A program made the position numbers and the translations under genes. Of a stretch of 31,206 nt of DNA, positions 8,141 to 16,880 are shown piece after piece; positions within the stretch are counted from its first letter, which is position 1; every line of letters begins with the position of its first letter. The notes beneath the pieces are model-generated. The model ran no database searches. It was not told the origin of the DNA and saw only the letters and a list, made by a program, of their open reading frames with translations. The DNA is from a virus (lineage: Duplodnaviria; Caudoviricetes): IMG/VR virus record IMGVR_UViG_3300005662_000141, positions 1-31,206 of that record; one strand, given 5' to 3'.

Positions 8141-9675
8141 TACAGTCTCCTCATCAAGTTTCCAAACTGTTTGCGGTATTCGTTGGCGAACACACGCTTG
8201 ACGGAGCGTTCAAGGTCGGTGCTATACGGAACCAGCTCATTGGGGATGATGCCAACGCCAGCTGCCACAGGACCTGCGCCACCTTCACGGAGTTCAGCTG
8301 CCGTGACGCCCATGCTACCAAGTGCTCCACCTCCAAACGTCTGCTTCCGCAAGTCAAGCAAGTCAGCCGTGGTTCCAGTGTTCTTTGCAATCTGCGCCAG
8401 GTAATCTTCCATGCCTGTTCGGAACTTTGCACTTTCACCAGCAATCATTCCGGCAGTCGAGAATATGCGTGCCATGCCTTCAATCCATGCCATGCTTCCG
8501 TCCTTGCGTCCGGTTCCTGCGGTTGCCATTGGATTTGCATTGCCAGCACCACCACCTCCGCTTATAGCCTTTTGCAGGTCAGCGGCATCGCCTTTCATGC
8601 CATTGCCCTTTTCCATGGAGTTGAACATCTGGTCCATTGCATACATGGCACCAGCTGCCACAACAAGGCCAGCCGCTACTTTCCCGATGCCAGCCCAACC
8701 ACCTAGCGCACTGACGAGTGCTTCACCAGCTGCGACAGCCTTCAATGCTTTGGATATCCCCTGGAAGATAGGGATAAGCGCTTTCAATCCATTGATGACT
8801 GTCATGGAACCAGCAAATGCCAGCGATCCGGCAAGTGCCTTCATCACGTTCTGTGCTACAGAACCATCAGTTTTGAGGGCATTTAAAAACTCAGTGAATT
8901 TGCCCATCATCTCGATAATCGGTGGTGCAAGTGTTTTGAATGCAGCAAGTTCCATCTGTCCGAATGATTCAAGCAATTGTCTGTAGGCATCCTCAACCGT
9001 GGCAAGACCAGCCTTTGTAGTGCCACCCATCATTTTGAAAATACCGCCGTACTTTTTTTCAATCAGCCGTCCAAGTGCATCCATTGCCTCAGATGCGGAT
9101 GACAGCAATGCACCATTCTTATCGAACTTCATTCCCTCCGCAGCAAGCATGGATTTACTCAAACCAAACATCGAGAGTTGTTCGGTGTCTGGCATAATCC
9201 CCTGATTCAACTTTCCAAAGATATTGACCAGGGAACGTAAGTGTTCTTCATCAGCACCAAAAGCAGCGCCAAGTTTCGCAAGTTTCGGGAGTGCTTTTTG
9301 TGCGTTGACTCCAAATGCTTCGAGTTGGGTTGCAGCTTCGGCAAGTTGCTTCGTGGTGAATGGCGATGGCTTCGCAACTTCACGAACCACCTTCATAATC
9401 TTCGACGCTTTGTCACCGCTGTGCGTGATGGCAATCAGACGTGCATTTAGTTCTTCCATTTCGACAGCTGCATCAAATGCCGCTTTGCCGAATGACATCA
9501 AAGCACCACCGATTGCAAGCTTCGACAAAACATCGCCAAACGAACCGATTTTTTTTGCGCTCTTCTCGATTGAATCGCCAGTCTTTTCGGCTTCACCTTT
9601 GATGTCAGACAGGGACTTTTTAAGGCCATCAGCCCCTGTTGCCCGGAAAATGATTTCAAACACACCGAGGTTCAT
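8140..9675 (-). CDS. Tape measure protein
   Basis: 511 aa, Ala/Gly/Lys-rich and helical, with 'SPFTTKQLAEAATQLEAFG' tape-measure motif and hydrophobic segments; it follows the frameshifted chaperone. Confidence 0.9.
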   Translation of the reverse strand: MNLGVFEIIFRATGADGLKKSLSDIKGEAEKTGDSIEKSAKKIGSFGDVLSKLAIGGALMSFGKAAFDAAVEMEELNARLIAITHSGDKASKIMKVVREVAKPSPFTTKQLAEAATQLEAFGVNAQKALPKLAKLGAAFGADEEHLRSLVNIFGKLNQGIMPDTEQLSMFGLSKSMLAAEGMKFDKNGALLSSASEAMDALGRLIEKKYGGIFKMMGGTTKAGLATVEDAYRQLLESFGQMELAAFKTLAPPIIEMMGKFTEFLNALKTDGSVAQNVMKALAGSLAFAGSMTVINGLKALIPIFQGISKALKAVAAGEALVSALGGWAGIGKVAAGLVVAAGAMYAMDQMFNSMEKGNGMKGDAADLQKAISGGGGAGNANPMATAGTGRKDGSMAWIEGMARIFSTAGMIAGESAKFRTGMEDYLAQIAKNTGTTADLLDLRKQTFGGGALGSMGVTAAELREGGAGPVAAGVGIIPNELVPYSTDLERSVKRVFANEYRKQFGNLMRRL

Positions 9676-10228
9676 CAGAATGTCCTTTTTGCGATTGTCT
9701 CGAGGATTGCCTCCAGAGAATCTTTGATGGCCTGCTCCCAGATGGAGCCTATGTATCGGACCTCAGCAATCTCAGAGATCGTGAGGTCCACTTCGGTTGG
9801 ATGCCTGTGGAGCCAACTGACACACGTGTACAGTATGCCGGCGCTGGCTCCATCTAGTCGTTTGGGACTGCCGTGCCTTCGAGTTCGAGCGGATAGTACT
9901 GATTGAACTCACCAGCCACGACCATGAACAGTTCTTTTTGTTCACGTGCCAAATCACCAAAGGCAGTAAACGCATTGAACGTGTCGCCATCCTCTGGTCC
10001 AGACTCATAACACTTTGCCATGAGCTGGACAACTTTGAGCATGCCTTCAGAGAACTCTGGATATGCCAGCGCTTGCTTCCGGCTCACTTCAGCGGATGGG
10101 AAATAATCAGCAGCTCGTGGTTCACGAAACCGCAGATATGCTTCCTCGCCGATGTATGGCTTCAGGTCGATGACCAGCAGTGGTTTATGCTCTTTCTGTG
10201 GAGCCTTTTTGAGGTCAGCTAATCCCAT
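9675..10228 (-). CDS. Tail assembly chaperone long form (gpGT-like), made by -1 ribosomal frameshift at 9860-9866
   Basis: Slippery C CCA AAC lies just before the TAG. The -1 frame reads 61 more codons (RLDGASAGILYTCVSWLHRHPTEVDLTISEIAEVRY...AKRTF) and stops at a TGA overlapping the TMP ATG. Confidence 0.8.
9854..10228 (-). CDS. Tail assembly chaperone short form (gpG-like)
   Basis: Lies between the major tail protein and TMP; start at ATG 10228 (TAATG overlap). Confidence 0.8.
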   Translation of the reverse strand: MGLADLKKAPQKEHKPLLVIDLKPYIGEEAYLRFREPRAADYFPSAEVSRKQALAYPEFSEGMLKVVQLMAKCYESGPEDGDTFNAFTAFGDLAREQKELFMVVAGEFNQYYPLELEGTAVPND

Positions 10229-10656
10229 TAGATGGTCCACCCTGCAACACCAGCAACGCCAAGTTTGACGGTGACCGATTCACTCTGGGTGGATTCTGGG
10301 TTGAGGTTCAGCGTCTGGTCAGTAACGACACCAACAACACTGATTGACCCTGAAGTACCAGCGCCGTCAACGTCGAGGGTAAACTTAACTGCATATCCAA
10401 TCTTGCCTTCAAAGATTGGCGCAGCAGTCAAGTAGAACTCAGCGTTCACACTACCTTGGAAACTGACAGGCATCGTTTGCTCAAACGAGTCGCCGATGGC
10501 TGACACGTTTTCGGTGTTTGCCGAGCGAACCAGGCTGAATGACTTTGCTGTTGCAGTGATGCTTTGTGCAGCTGAAAAAGTTGTGATTGTCGTGCCATCA
10601 ACGTACGGTCCAAAACCGATGACCACTGTGGCGTCTTTTGCGAGTAACTTCGGCAT
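10228..10656 (-). CDS. Major tail (tube) protein
   Basis: 142 aa, beta-rich, AGGAG RBS, with a 'TENVSAIGD...GSVNAEF' tube-like pattern; canonical position before the chaperone. Confidence 0.75.
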   Translation of the reverse strand: MPKLLAKDATVVIGFGPYVDGTTITTFSAAQSITATAKSFSLVRSANTENVSAIGDSFEQTMPVSFQGSVNAEFYLTAAPIFEGKIGYAVKFTLDVDGAGTSGSISVVGVVTDQTLNLNPESTQSESVTVKLGVAGVAGWTI

Positions 10657-10665
10657 TTGATTCTC

Positions 10666-11145
10666 CTATGGGGTTATTGTGGCAACGTAGGTCTGGAGGA
10701 TGCCACAGTCCACCCGACCATCTGACTGGGGTGTCATGGCGATATCACTACCGTTGCGATTCACCCAGACTGCACCAGCAGTCACGTTTGTTGACTGCAT
10801 GTTCAGCAAAACATCGACACGATCTGCAATGGACCGAGTCCGAGCAAACGACACAGCACCACTCTGGCTGTCCCAAACAGTCACTGTGTACAACTGCCTG
10901 ACAACAGCCCGGTTGCCACCGATTGATGTTTCATCGGCAGTTCCATCACCACTGCGCCTTACCACAATGTATGGAAACTGCACAGCCTTCAAAGTAACCG
11001 GGTCCTTTTCAGGTGCAACGTGCATGTAGACGCATTGCTGATAGTTCGGAGCACGGTTGTCAACAGCCAGCAGGTCCATCAGCGAACTGTCGGACAGCAA
11101 GCGAGTAAACATCCACTGGTCAACGTCAAACGCTTCAAACGCCAT
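10666..11145 (-). CDS. Tail terminator / tail completion protein (DUF3168 / gp17-like)
   Basis: 'LLSDSSLMDLL...VY..VAP...FPYIVV...YTVTVW...IADRVDVLLN' pattern; located just before the major tail gene. Confidence 0.75.
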   Translation of the reverse strand: MAFEAFDVDQWMFTRLLSDSSLMDLLAVDNRAPNYQQCVYMHVAPEKDPVTLKAVQFPYIVVRRSGDGTADETSIGGNRAVVRQLYTVTVWDSQSGAVSFARTRSIADRVDVLLNMQSTNVTAGAVWVNRNGSDIAMTPQSDGRVDCGILQTYVATITP

Positions 11146-11581
11146 TCAAAAGCACCTTGACTTTCTCGACCAGCAAACGCCCCATGATGGTAGCGTTTGA
11201 TATGAGGAACGGGCGGTCCAGTTCCTCTTCCAAATATCGCCCATATGGAGCATTGACACCGACAACGTATTCCAGGAATCGGACGCCAGGATGCGTGAAG
11301 AAACTGTTGTAGAGTTGACCTGTTCGAACAGCAGGCGCTTCACCAGGGGCAGACTGAATGTGTGTTTTCTTCCTGCGCTTCAATGGCTTGCCGGTCTTCG
11401 CACTGAACTTTTGCTTACCAACATAATACTCAACCACCGTGCCGTGCTTGGGGAGCATCATCTGCGCTTTTGCAGCTTTGATTGTCCACTGGCATGCTTT
11501 GCGCAGCTCGACATCCACCTTTGACAGCAGGTTGCCTGCTTTGTCAAAACCGCTCAAGTCGATGCGGATCTCGGCGTTCAT
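11135..11581 (-). CDS. HK97 gp10-like tail completion / neck protein
   Basis: 'SAPGEAPAVRTGQLYNS...VNAPYGRYLE...RPFL' signature; start at ATG 11581 (TAATG overlap). Confidence 0.8.
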   Translation of the reverse strand: MNAEIRIDLSGFDKAGNLLSKVDVELRKACQWTIKAAKAQMMLPKHGTVVEYYVGKQKFSAKTGKPLKRRKKTHIQSAPGEAPAVRTGQLYNSFFTHPGVRFLEYVVGVNAPYGRYLEEELDRPFLISNATIMGRLLVEKVKVLLNGV

Positions 11582-11931
11582 TATGGTGCAACCACCGTCA
11601 CGAGCACTGGACCAAACAAACGAACGATGGAACCGTTGGTGTACGTCACTGTCATTCTCACGACAGCTGTTGTTGGCCACGCAGATGGCAATGCCACGCT
11701 GATGACACCTTGTCCTGGGAATGACTTTGTGACCACGGTGAAGCCAGACGGGAATGTGTATGCAGTGCCAGTCGCATTGTTCGTGAATGACACGGTGAGG
11801 GTTCCTGTGGTGACATCCACAGCAGTTCCGTTTGTGTCAATCAACTGCAAGGCATAGGGGACATTCTCGCCCAGTATGACCGAGAATGCTTGTGCCTGTG
11901 TCGGGTCCTCATATGCCGGTGTGATGTTCAT
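11581..11931 (-). CDS. Small beta-sandwich (BppU-N/Ig-like) virion protein
   Basis: 116 aa, 'LQLIDTNGTAVDVT' motif, coupled at both ends, and similar to the C-terminus of the upstream gene. Confidence 0.6.
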   Translation of the reverse strand: MNITPAYEDPTQAQAFSVILGENVPYALQLIDTNGTAVDVTTGTLTVSFTNNATGTAYTFPSGFTVVTKSFPGQGVISVALPSAWPTTAVVRMTVTYTNGSIVRLFGPVLVTVVAP

Positions 11932-13946
11932 CAGATTGCCCTAACCACCAACTTCAGTGGTCCGAATACCGTCGTGGTTGTGCCAATCACAACACTCACC
12001 AACATTGTATAAGTTGCTGACGTGCTAGTGGTTGCAGTGTCCAATGGGATGCTGATTGCCCCAATGTACCCAGCAATGATTGAACCCGTGTATGTGGTCA
12101 CTGTGGAGCCTCCAGCGGTGTATACCGTGGCGGTCGTTGTGGAGCCTGAAGCATTGAATGGCGCTCCATTACCATCCACTAGATTCAACACAAGTGGTGT
12201 GGCAGTTCCGACATTCAAGTCAACGATGTTGTCAGCACCTGCGCCAGATGGCAACAGTGTGTATGGTCCCATCGATGGCGATGCTGTTCCGCCACCACCG
12301 CCACCGCCACCAGCTTGTGATACTTGGCTGTCCAAGTAGTATCCAAACGTGCCGGCTGCTGGCACTCCGTTTGACGCTGATGCTGTAGCGCGTGCCTGAT
12401 TCCAAATGCCCTTTGTGATTTCAGTCACTGCGTCGGTCGCAACAGCGCTTGCTGTCACGGTATCAGCTTGCATTTGATGAACATCAGATGCAATGTGATT
12501 TGAACCAGTGATGAAGGTTTCATAGGATGGCGATGTAGCAGTGCCCCTGATAATCCTTCGACCAAAAGTGTTTGCGGTTGTATATGAAGTGAGCAATGCG
12601 TCCCAAACAGCTGAAGCGGTTGCGCTTGCAGTAAGTGGTGCAGTGTATCCAGCTGCTGACAGCCTGCTCGAAACTGTCGTGTCGATGTTGGTCTTGAGCT
12701 GAAGACCGATGCTGTTTGTCAGCGAGACAGATGAAGCCAGCACATCCCACACGCTTTGTGCGGTGATGTCATTGAAGCCAGTGATGCCAGTGTTCTTGGC
12801 GAGCACGATGTTGGTTCCAGCAGTCAGCGTACGTGTTCCAGCGGACCACGTGTTTGCCACCATGTTGCCGATGATGTTTCCTGCTGATCCGGCAGAATAT
12901 GCGCCAGGGAGTGCAGTGGACCACGGGTCAGCTGCGGAACCAGCTGCGTTCAGTTTGAATCCTGCCTGCCCACTGGTGTACGTTCCTGGGAGTGCTTCTG
13001 ACCACACCTGCGTTGCGATTGCAGCTGCCGTTGGTGGCGTGGTGTATGTGAAGGTTGCCATTCTCGTGGAAGTTGCGACGTCCACGTTTGTCTTCAACTG
13101 GACACCAATCGAACCAACCGCTGTGAGTGCAGATGTAGCCACATCCCACACACTCTGGCTTGTGATGTCGTTGAATCCGGTGATGCCAGTTCCCTTTGCA
13201 AGGGAAATATTCGTACCAGCCGTAAGTGTCCTGGTTGCAGATGACCACACCTGTGTGTCTGTCAATGTAGATCTAGACGAAACAGTGGCATTCAAGTTGT
13301 CCACAATCAGCTTGCCGACACTGCCAACAGTTGTCAGCGATGATGTTGTGTCATCCCAAATGTTTTGAACTGCCGTGGCGGTCAAACTTCCAACGGAGCC
13401 AGTGACGTTTCCTCCGACGTTTCCAGTCACACTTCCAACCGAACCAGACAGGTTTCCTGTGATGCTTCCTGTGAGGTTGAATGCTTGTGTACCTGAGAGA
13501 GAATATCCAGTTTTGTCATTGTTGGTGACGACTGTGACTTGACCAGTGGCGTTGCCCGTCGGGAGTGCACCAGCGGAACCTTGTGCGACGTTTGGAATCG
13601 ATGTCAGACCGATGCGCACAACATCATATGGGTCATAAGCCATGACCTGAACATGTGCGTTGTACTGACGTGCGTTTGTAGCCTGGACATTCACGGTAAT
13701 CCAGCCGAGGTTTGCAACTTCCGCAGCCGTGAGTTCAAGGTAATAAACACCAGCTGCACTTTGACCAGCTGCGAGAGTGGCAACAGCAACAGCGTTTGTT
13801 GTGGCAACCCAAGTTGCCCCGTTCGTGCTGATGTATGCAGCTGGTGACGTTGGAGTCACGGGGGTGAATCCATCGGTGCTGGACACGAACAGCACAGGGA
13901 TTCTGCGCCTTGCAGCAGTCGCTTCACTTTGCTTTATCTGGTACAT
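11931..13946 (-). CDS. Repeat-containing fibre-like virion protein
   Basis: ~671 aa from ATG 13946. Thr/Ser/Ala/Gly-rich with GSVGSVTGNV repeats, recurring 'VW(D/S)...GS.G' units, an ~80-aa duplication and a poly-Gly linker. Confidence 0.65.
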   Translation of the reverse strand: MYQIKQSEATAARRRIPVLFVSSTDGFTPVTPTSPAAYISTNGATWVATTNAVAVATLAAGQSAAGVYYLELTAAEVANLGWITVNVQATNARQYNAHVQVMAYDPYDVVRIGLTSIPNVAQGSAGALPTGNATGQVTVVTNNDKTGYSLSGTQAFNLTGSITGNLSGSVGSVTGNVGGNVTGSVGSLTATAVQNIWDDTTSSLTTVGSVGKLIVDNLNATVSSRSTLTDTQVWSSATRTLTAGTNISLAKGTGITGFNDITSQSVWDVATSALTAVGSIGVQLKTNVDVATSTRMATFTYTTPPTAAAIATQVWSEALPGTYTSGQAGFKLNAAGSAADPWSTALPGAYSAGSAGNIIGNMVANTWSAGTRTLTAGTNIVLAKNTGITGFNDITAQSVWDVLASSVSLTNSIGLQLKTNIDTTVSSRLSAAGYTAPLTASATASAVWDALLTSYTTANTFGRRIIRGTATSPSYETFITGSNHIASDVHQMQADTVTASAVATDAVTEITKGIWNQARATASASNGVPAAGTFGYYLDSQVSQAGGGGGGGGTASPSMGPYTLLPSGAGADNIVDLNVGTATPLVLNLVDGNGAPFNASGSTTTATVYTAGGSTVTTYTGSIIAGYIGAISIPLDTATTSTSATYTMLVSVVIGTTTTVFGPLKLVVRAI

Positions 13947-13950
13947 GATG

Positions 13951-15027
13951 TCATCCGATCGTATTGAAGCCAGCCGGCACAATATATTGTGTTGTGCCAC
14001 CTGTTTGCGTATATCGCAACCCATTGAATATCAAAGTGCCCACCGGCCTCGATGTCGTGGTTTCCGTGAATGTTGTGCCGTTATAACTGACCACGTTGCA
14101 GACGATGCTTCCGGACACATCGGTCAGTAACTGACTTGATGCAAAACCACTCATGATGCGTGGTGTCGGTGCTGTGCCAGTTCCAGCCTGGAACATGATG
14201 TAGTATTTCGTCCCAGCGGTCAGCCATATATCCGATGACAACACGCAGGGATAGTAACCACTTGGTGATGTGAAGTCTGCGTCAAACGAGGATGAACCGA
14301 GTGAAGCTCCGGACGTGTCACGCACAACCACGTTCCATGCCGTTGAAGCAGTGAACGTGACCAGTTTTTGATATACGGTATGCAAGCGGACATCAGGATG
14401 ACCAGACGGGATGGTGATTGCCCAACCATACTCCGTGGTTCCAGACGGTGTCGTGCCACTGCTTTCAGCGGTTGATAGTCCACACGTTCCATACCACTTC
14501 GTGGCTGATCCATAGAACACGTGCGATGGATACAGTGAGCCACGTGTACCCCATGCACCAGATGTCCGTCTGATGTGATACGGGATGCCAACGCCAGCCT
14601 TGATGAAGTGCGTGTAGTTATAGCTGATATTTCCGGTCCATCCAGCCGTCGGATTGCGGACAACAACTGCAAACATCTGCCCCGCTGTCAAACTGACAGA
14701 GTTTGGCAGTGTGTACGTTTTGACACCAGTGGATGCGCCAGTTTCCGACGCAAAGTTGGTCGATGATGTCCCTGCTCCATTAAGCCAGTTTCCAGATGGA
14801 GCGCCCGTGGTCAATGATTGCAAACCGACGCTCAGAGATGCACTCGGCGTGGTTGCAACAGCACTGACACGCAAACTGATTCGTGTGATGGTGGAAGTTT
14901 CTTCAGCCTGGAATATCCATGATAGTCCACCGTTGTTGGCGTTTATCTGTCCACCAGCCACAGAGATTTCACCTTCAGTTCCCTGAGCGTGGAAGTAGCA
15001 TTCAGTCTCATTGATGATGTCAGGCAT
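13951..15027 (-). CDS. Putative virion surface / adhesin protein (paralog 2)
   Basis: 358 aa, Ser/Thr/Gly-rich, TAATG-coupled, and alignable by eye to 15027-16172. Confidence 0.6.
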   Translation of the reverse strand: MPDIINETECYFHAQGTEGEISVAGGQINANNGGLSWIFQAEETSTITRISLRVSAVATTPSASLSVGLQSLTTGAPSGNWLNGAGTSSTNFASETGASTGVKTYTLPNSVSLTAGQMFAVVVRNPTAGWTGNISYNYTHFIKAGVGIPYHIRRTSGAWGTRGSLYPSHVFYGSATKWYGTCGLSTAESSGTTPSGTTEYGWAITIPSGHPDVRLHTVYQKLVTFTASTAWNVVVRDTSGASLGSSSFDADFTSPSGYYPCVLSSDIWLTAGTKYYIMFQAGTGTAPTPRIMSGFASSQLLTDVSGSIVCNVVSYNGTTFTETTTSRPVGTLIFNGLRYTQTGGTTQYIVPAGFNTIG

Positions 15028-16172
15028 TAGTTACCGCCAATCCCGCCAAAGCCATATGAAGCGTTTGCGAATCCACCACCACCACCACCACCAGCATCGT
15101 CATACCGAATAGATGCAGCTGTGATTGACCAAGGAATGTTTTCTGTTGGGTTTGCTACAAACCACGTCCCTGCACCTTGCCAGTTATAAATGAAATCTCC
15201 ACCATAATAACCAATGACTTTATTCCTGTTCAAAGAACCAGTGGTGAAATGTGCTCGTGTCGGAATGCTTGCTGGTGTTACGTCAAAGCCAACCATTAAG
15301 ATATATGACGTGCCTGACGTTAACCATTGTGTGGTGCTTGACGTGAATACTGTTGAGTTTGTCGTGGATGAGACACCAGCCACATTATTCCCGTCAATGC
15401 TTGATAAGTCAGCAATCAAAACAGGCGTGGCAACATCAGTGAATATTTGACACTTCCAGTTTGCTCCTGCACTTAATCCTGGAGGCGTGATGCCGATTGT
15501 TACACGGTCAATAAGGATGTCAGGATGTCCAGACGGAACAGTAAATCTGAATCCTAATCGGTCATTGTTGTTTAACGTTGCGGTTGAAACTACACCTGTA
15601 GGATTGTCTGGCTGGCCATAATAATTTGTACCATCGCCATACATGACAGGCACACCACGAGAACCTGTTGCTTTGGAAAACACAGCTGCAAGACGTGTGG
15701 CATAACCAAGACCATAGATGACATTCTGTGTTGTGGAAGCACCGCCTATGTATCCAGTGAAAAAGTTCACCGTGCCTGTGCTTGTACCTGAAAACGACCA
15801 CACAATCCAATAATTTGAACCTTGCGTAATGTTTGCTCCTGGAAGTGTGATGTCATACCAGCCAGCAGGGGTGGATGTAGTCAAGGTGTTAGCAGCAAGT
15901 GTGGCACTTCCGTTTGTCAGAAATGTGCCTGATGGAACACCAGAACCGCTATCAGCTTGAATACCAACCGTTAAAACTGGAGCAAATGTAGTTCCCACAG
16001 AGCTAATCAAAGAACTGATCTGCGTCACCGTCATGGTCTTATCCGCAATAAACGGAAAAGCAATTCCACCATTCGTGTTTGATGCATTCATTGACGCTGT
16101 AGTTGGGTTTGCTGCTTGACGCACTCCGAATGTGCCAAATGTCAAACCTGTAGTTGTTGTGATGACTGCCAT
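15027..16172 (-). CDS. Putative virion surface / adhesin protein (paralog 1)
   Basis: 381 aa, Thr/Gly-rich, C-terminal poly-Gly linker, TAATG-coupled. Confidence 0.6.
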   Translation of the reverse strand: MAVITTTTGLTFGTFGVRQAANPTTASMNASNTNGGIAFPFIADKTMTVTQISSLISSVGTTFAPVLTVGIQADSGSGVPSGTFLTNGSATLAANTLTTSTPAGWYDITLPGANITQGSNYWIVWSFSGTSTGTVNFFTGYIGGASTTQNVIYGLGYATRLAAVFSKATGSRGVPVMYGDGTNYYGQPDNPTGVVSTATLNNNDRLGFRFTVPSGHPDILIDRVTIGITPPGLSAGANWKCQIFTDVATPVLIADLSSIDGNNVAGVSSTTNSTVFTSSTTQWLTSGTSYILMVGFDVTPASIPTRAHFTTGSLNRNKVIGYYGGDFIYNWQGAGTWFVANPTENIPWSITAASIRYDDAGGGGGGGFANASYGFGGIGGN

Positions 16173-16441
16173 TAAGCAACCTTCACGATTACACCGTCAG
16201 TTGCATCAATGTCAAGCATCAATGTTTTGCCAACTGTTGATATGCCAGCATCAGCCAACATACACACAAGCAATGATTTCAAGTAGTCTGGGAACTGGAG
16301 ATCTCTGGCTTCGCAGTCAATCACCAGTGATGCTTCATCCCCATACACGTAGCCGGTTCCATCATCAAAAGTCACTTGGATTGTGCCATCATGATTGACT
16401 GTCTTTTCTGTGAGCGTCACCGACGCTTGGTGATTTGTCAT
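16172..16441 (-). CDS. Hypothetical protein
   Basis: 89-aa ORF coupled by ATGA and TAATG overlaps. Confidence 0.65.
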   Translation of the reverse strand: MTNHQASVTLTEKTVNHDGTIQVTFDDGTGYVYGDEASLVIDCEARDLQFPDYLKSLLVCMLADAGISTVGKTLMLDIDATDGVIVKVA

Positions 16442-16641
16442 TCCTGCGTGTCCTTATAAGCATTTGTGAGCAATGCGCTGACTGCAACGATACTGGAGCC
16501 GAGACCAGCCACACCAGCTTTTACAAGCGTGTCTGTTCCGACGTGCCCACGGTTCACAGAATCTGCAATCACTGCCCATGCAGCTGGCGCGAATGATGCG
16601 GTGAACACCGCCACAAGTTTCCCCAGGTGTAGTTTCTTCAT
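16438..16641 (-). CDS. Putative holin-like small membrane protein (two hydrophobic segments)
   Basis: 67 aa with 'LVAVFTASFAPAAWAVIA' and 'AGVAGLGSSIVAVSALLT', and a charged C-terminus. Confidence 0.5.
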   Translation of the reverse strand: MKKLHLGKLVAVFTASFAPAAWAVIADSVNRGHVGTDTLVKAGVAGLGSSIVAVSALLTNAYKDTQE

Positions 16642-16838
16642 CGTCTCAGTTCCTCTTCAAGTTCTTCCAGCCGACGCTTTATCTGCTCGATCTCTGCCAA
16701 AACAGTGCGATAGTTGGATGTGATTCCATCCACCTTTTCAGCCACACTCCACAACAATCTGAGCTGTGCAACGATGCCCGAAATCATTGGCACGAGTATG
16801 ACCATCACGACGCTAATCCATTCAGCAGATATCTTCAT
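16638..16838 (-). CDS. Small membrane protein with N-terminal TM and C-terminal coiled coil (holin/XhlA-like architecture)
   Basis: 66 aa with 'WISVVMVILVPMISGIVA' followed by heptad-like 'EIEQIKRRLEELEEELRR'. Confidence 0.55.
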   Translation of the reverse strand: MKISAEWISVVMVILVPMISGIVAQLRLLWSVAEKVDGITSNYRTVLAEIEQIKRRLEELEEELRR

Positions 16839-16880
16839 TCCAAAACCACCTGCTATGTATTGTGTCGCTGGTGTGATGTT

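Noticed and set aside
9772-10032. 86-aa ORF as the frameshift partner (gpT)
   Set aside because: It is in the +1 frame and stops ~100 nt short of the TMP. The -1 frame fits the slippery site and ends exactly at the TMP start.
12590-13235. Repeat pair as a DGR template/variable repeat
   Set aside because: Both copies are in-frame in one gene, the differences are mostly synonymous rather than adenine-specific, and there is no reverse transcriptase in the window.
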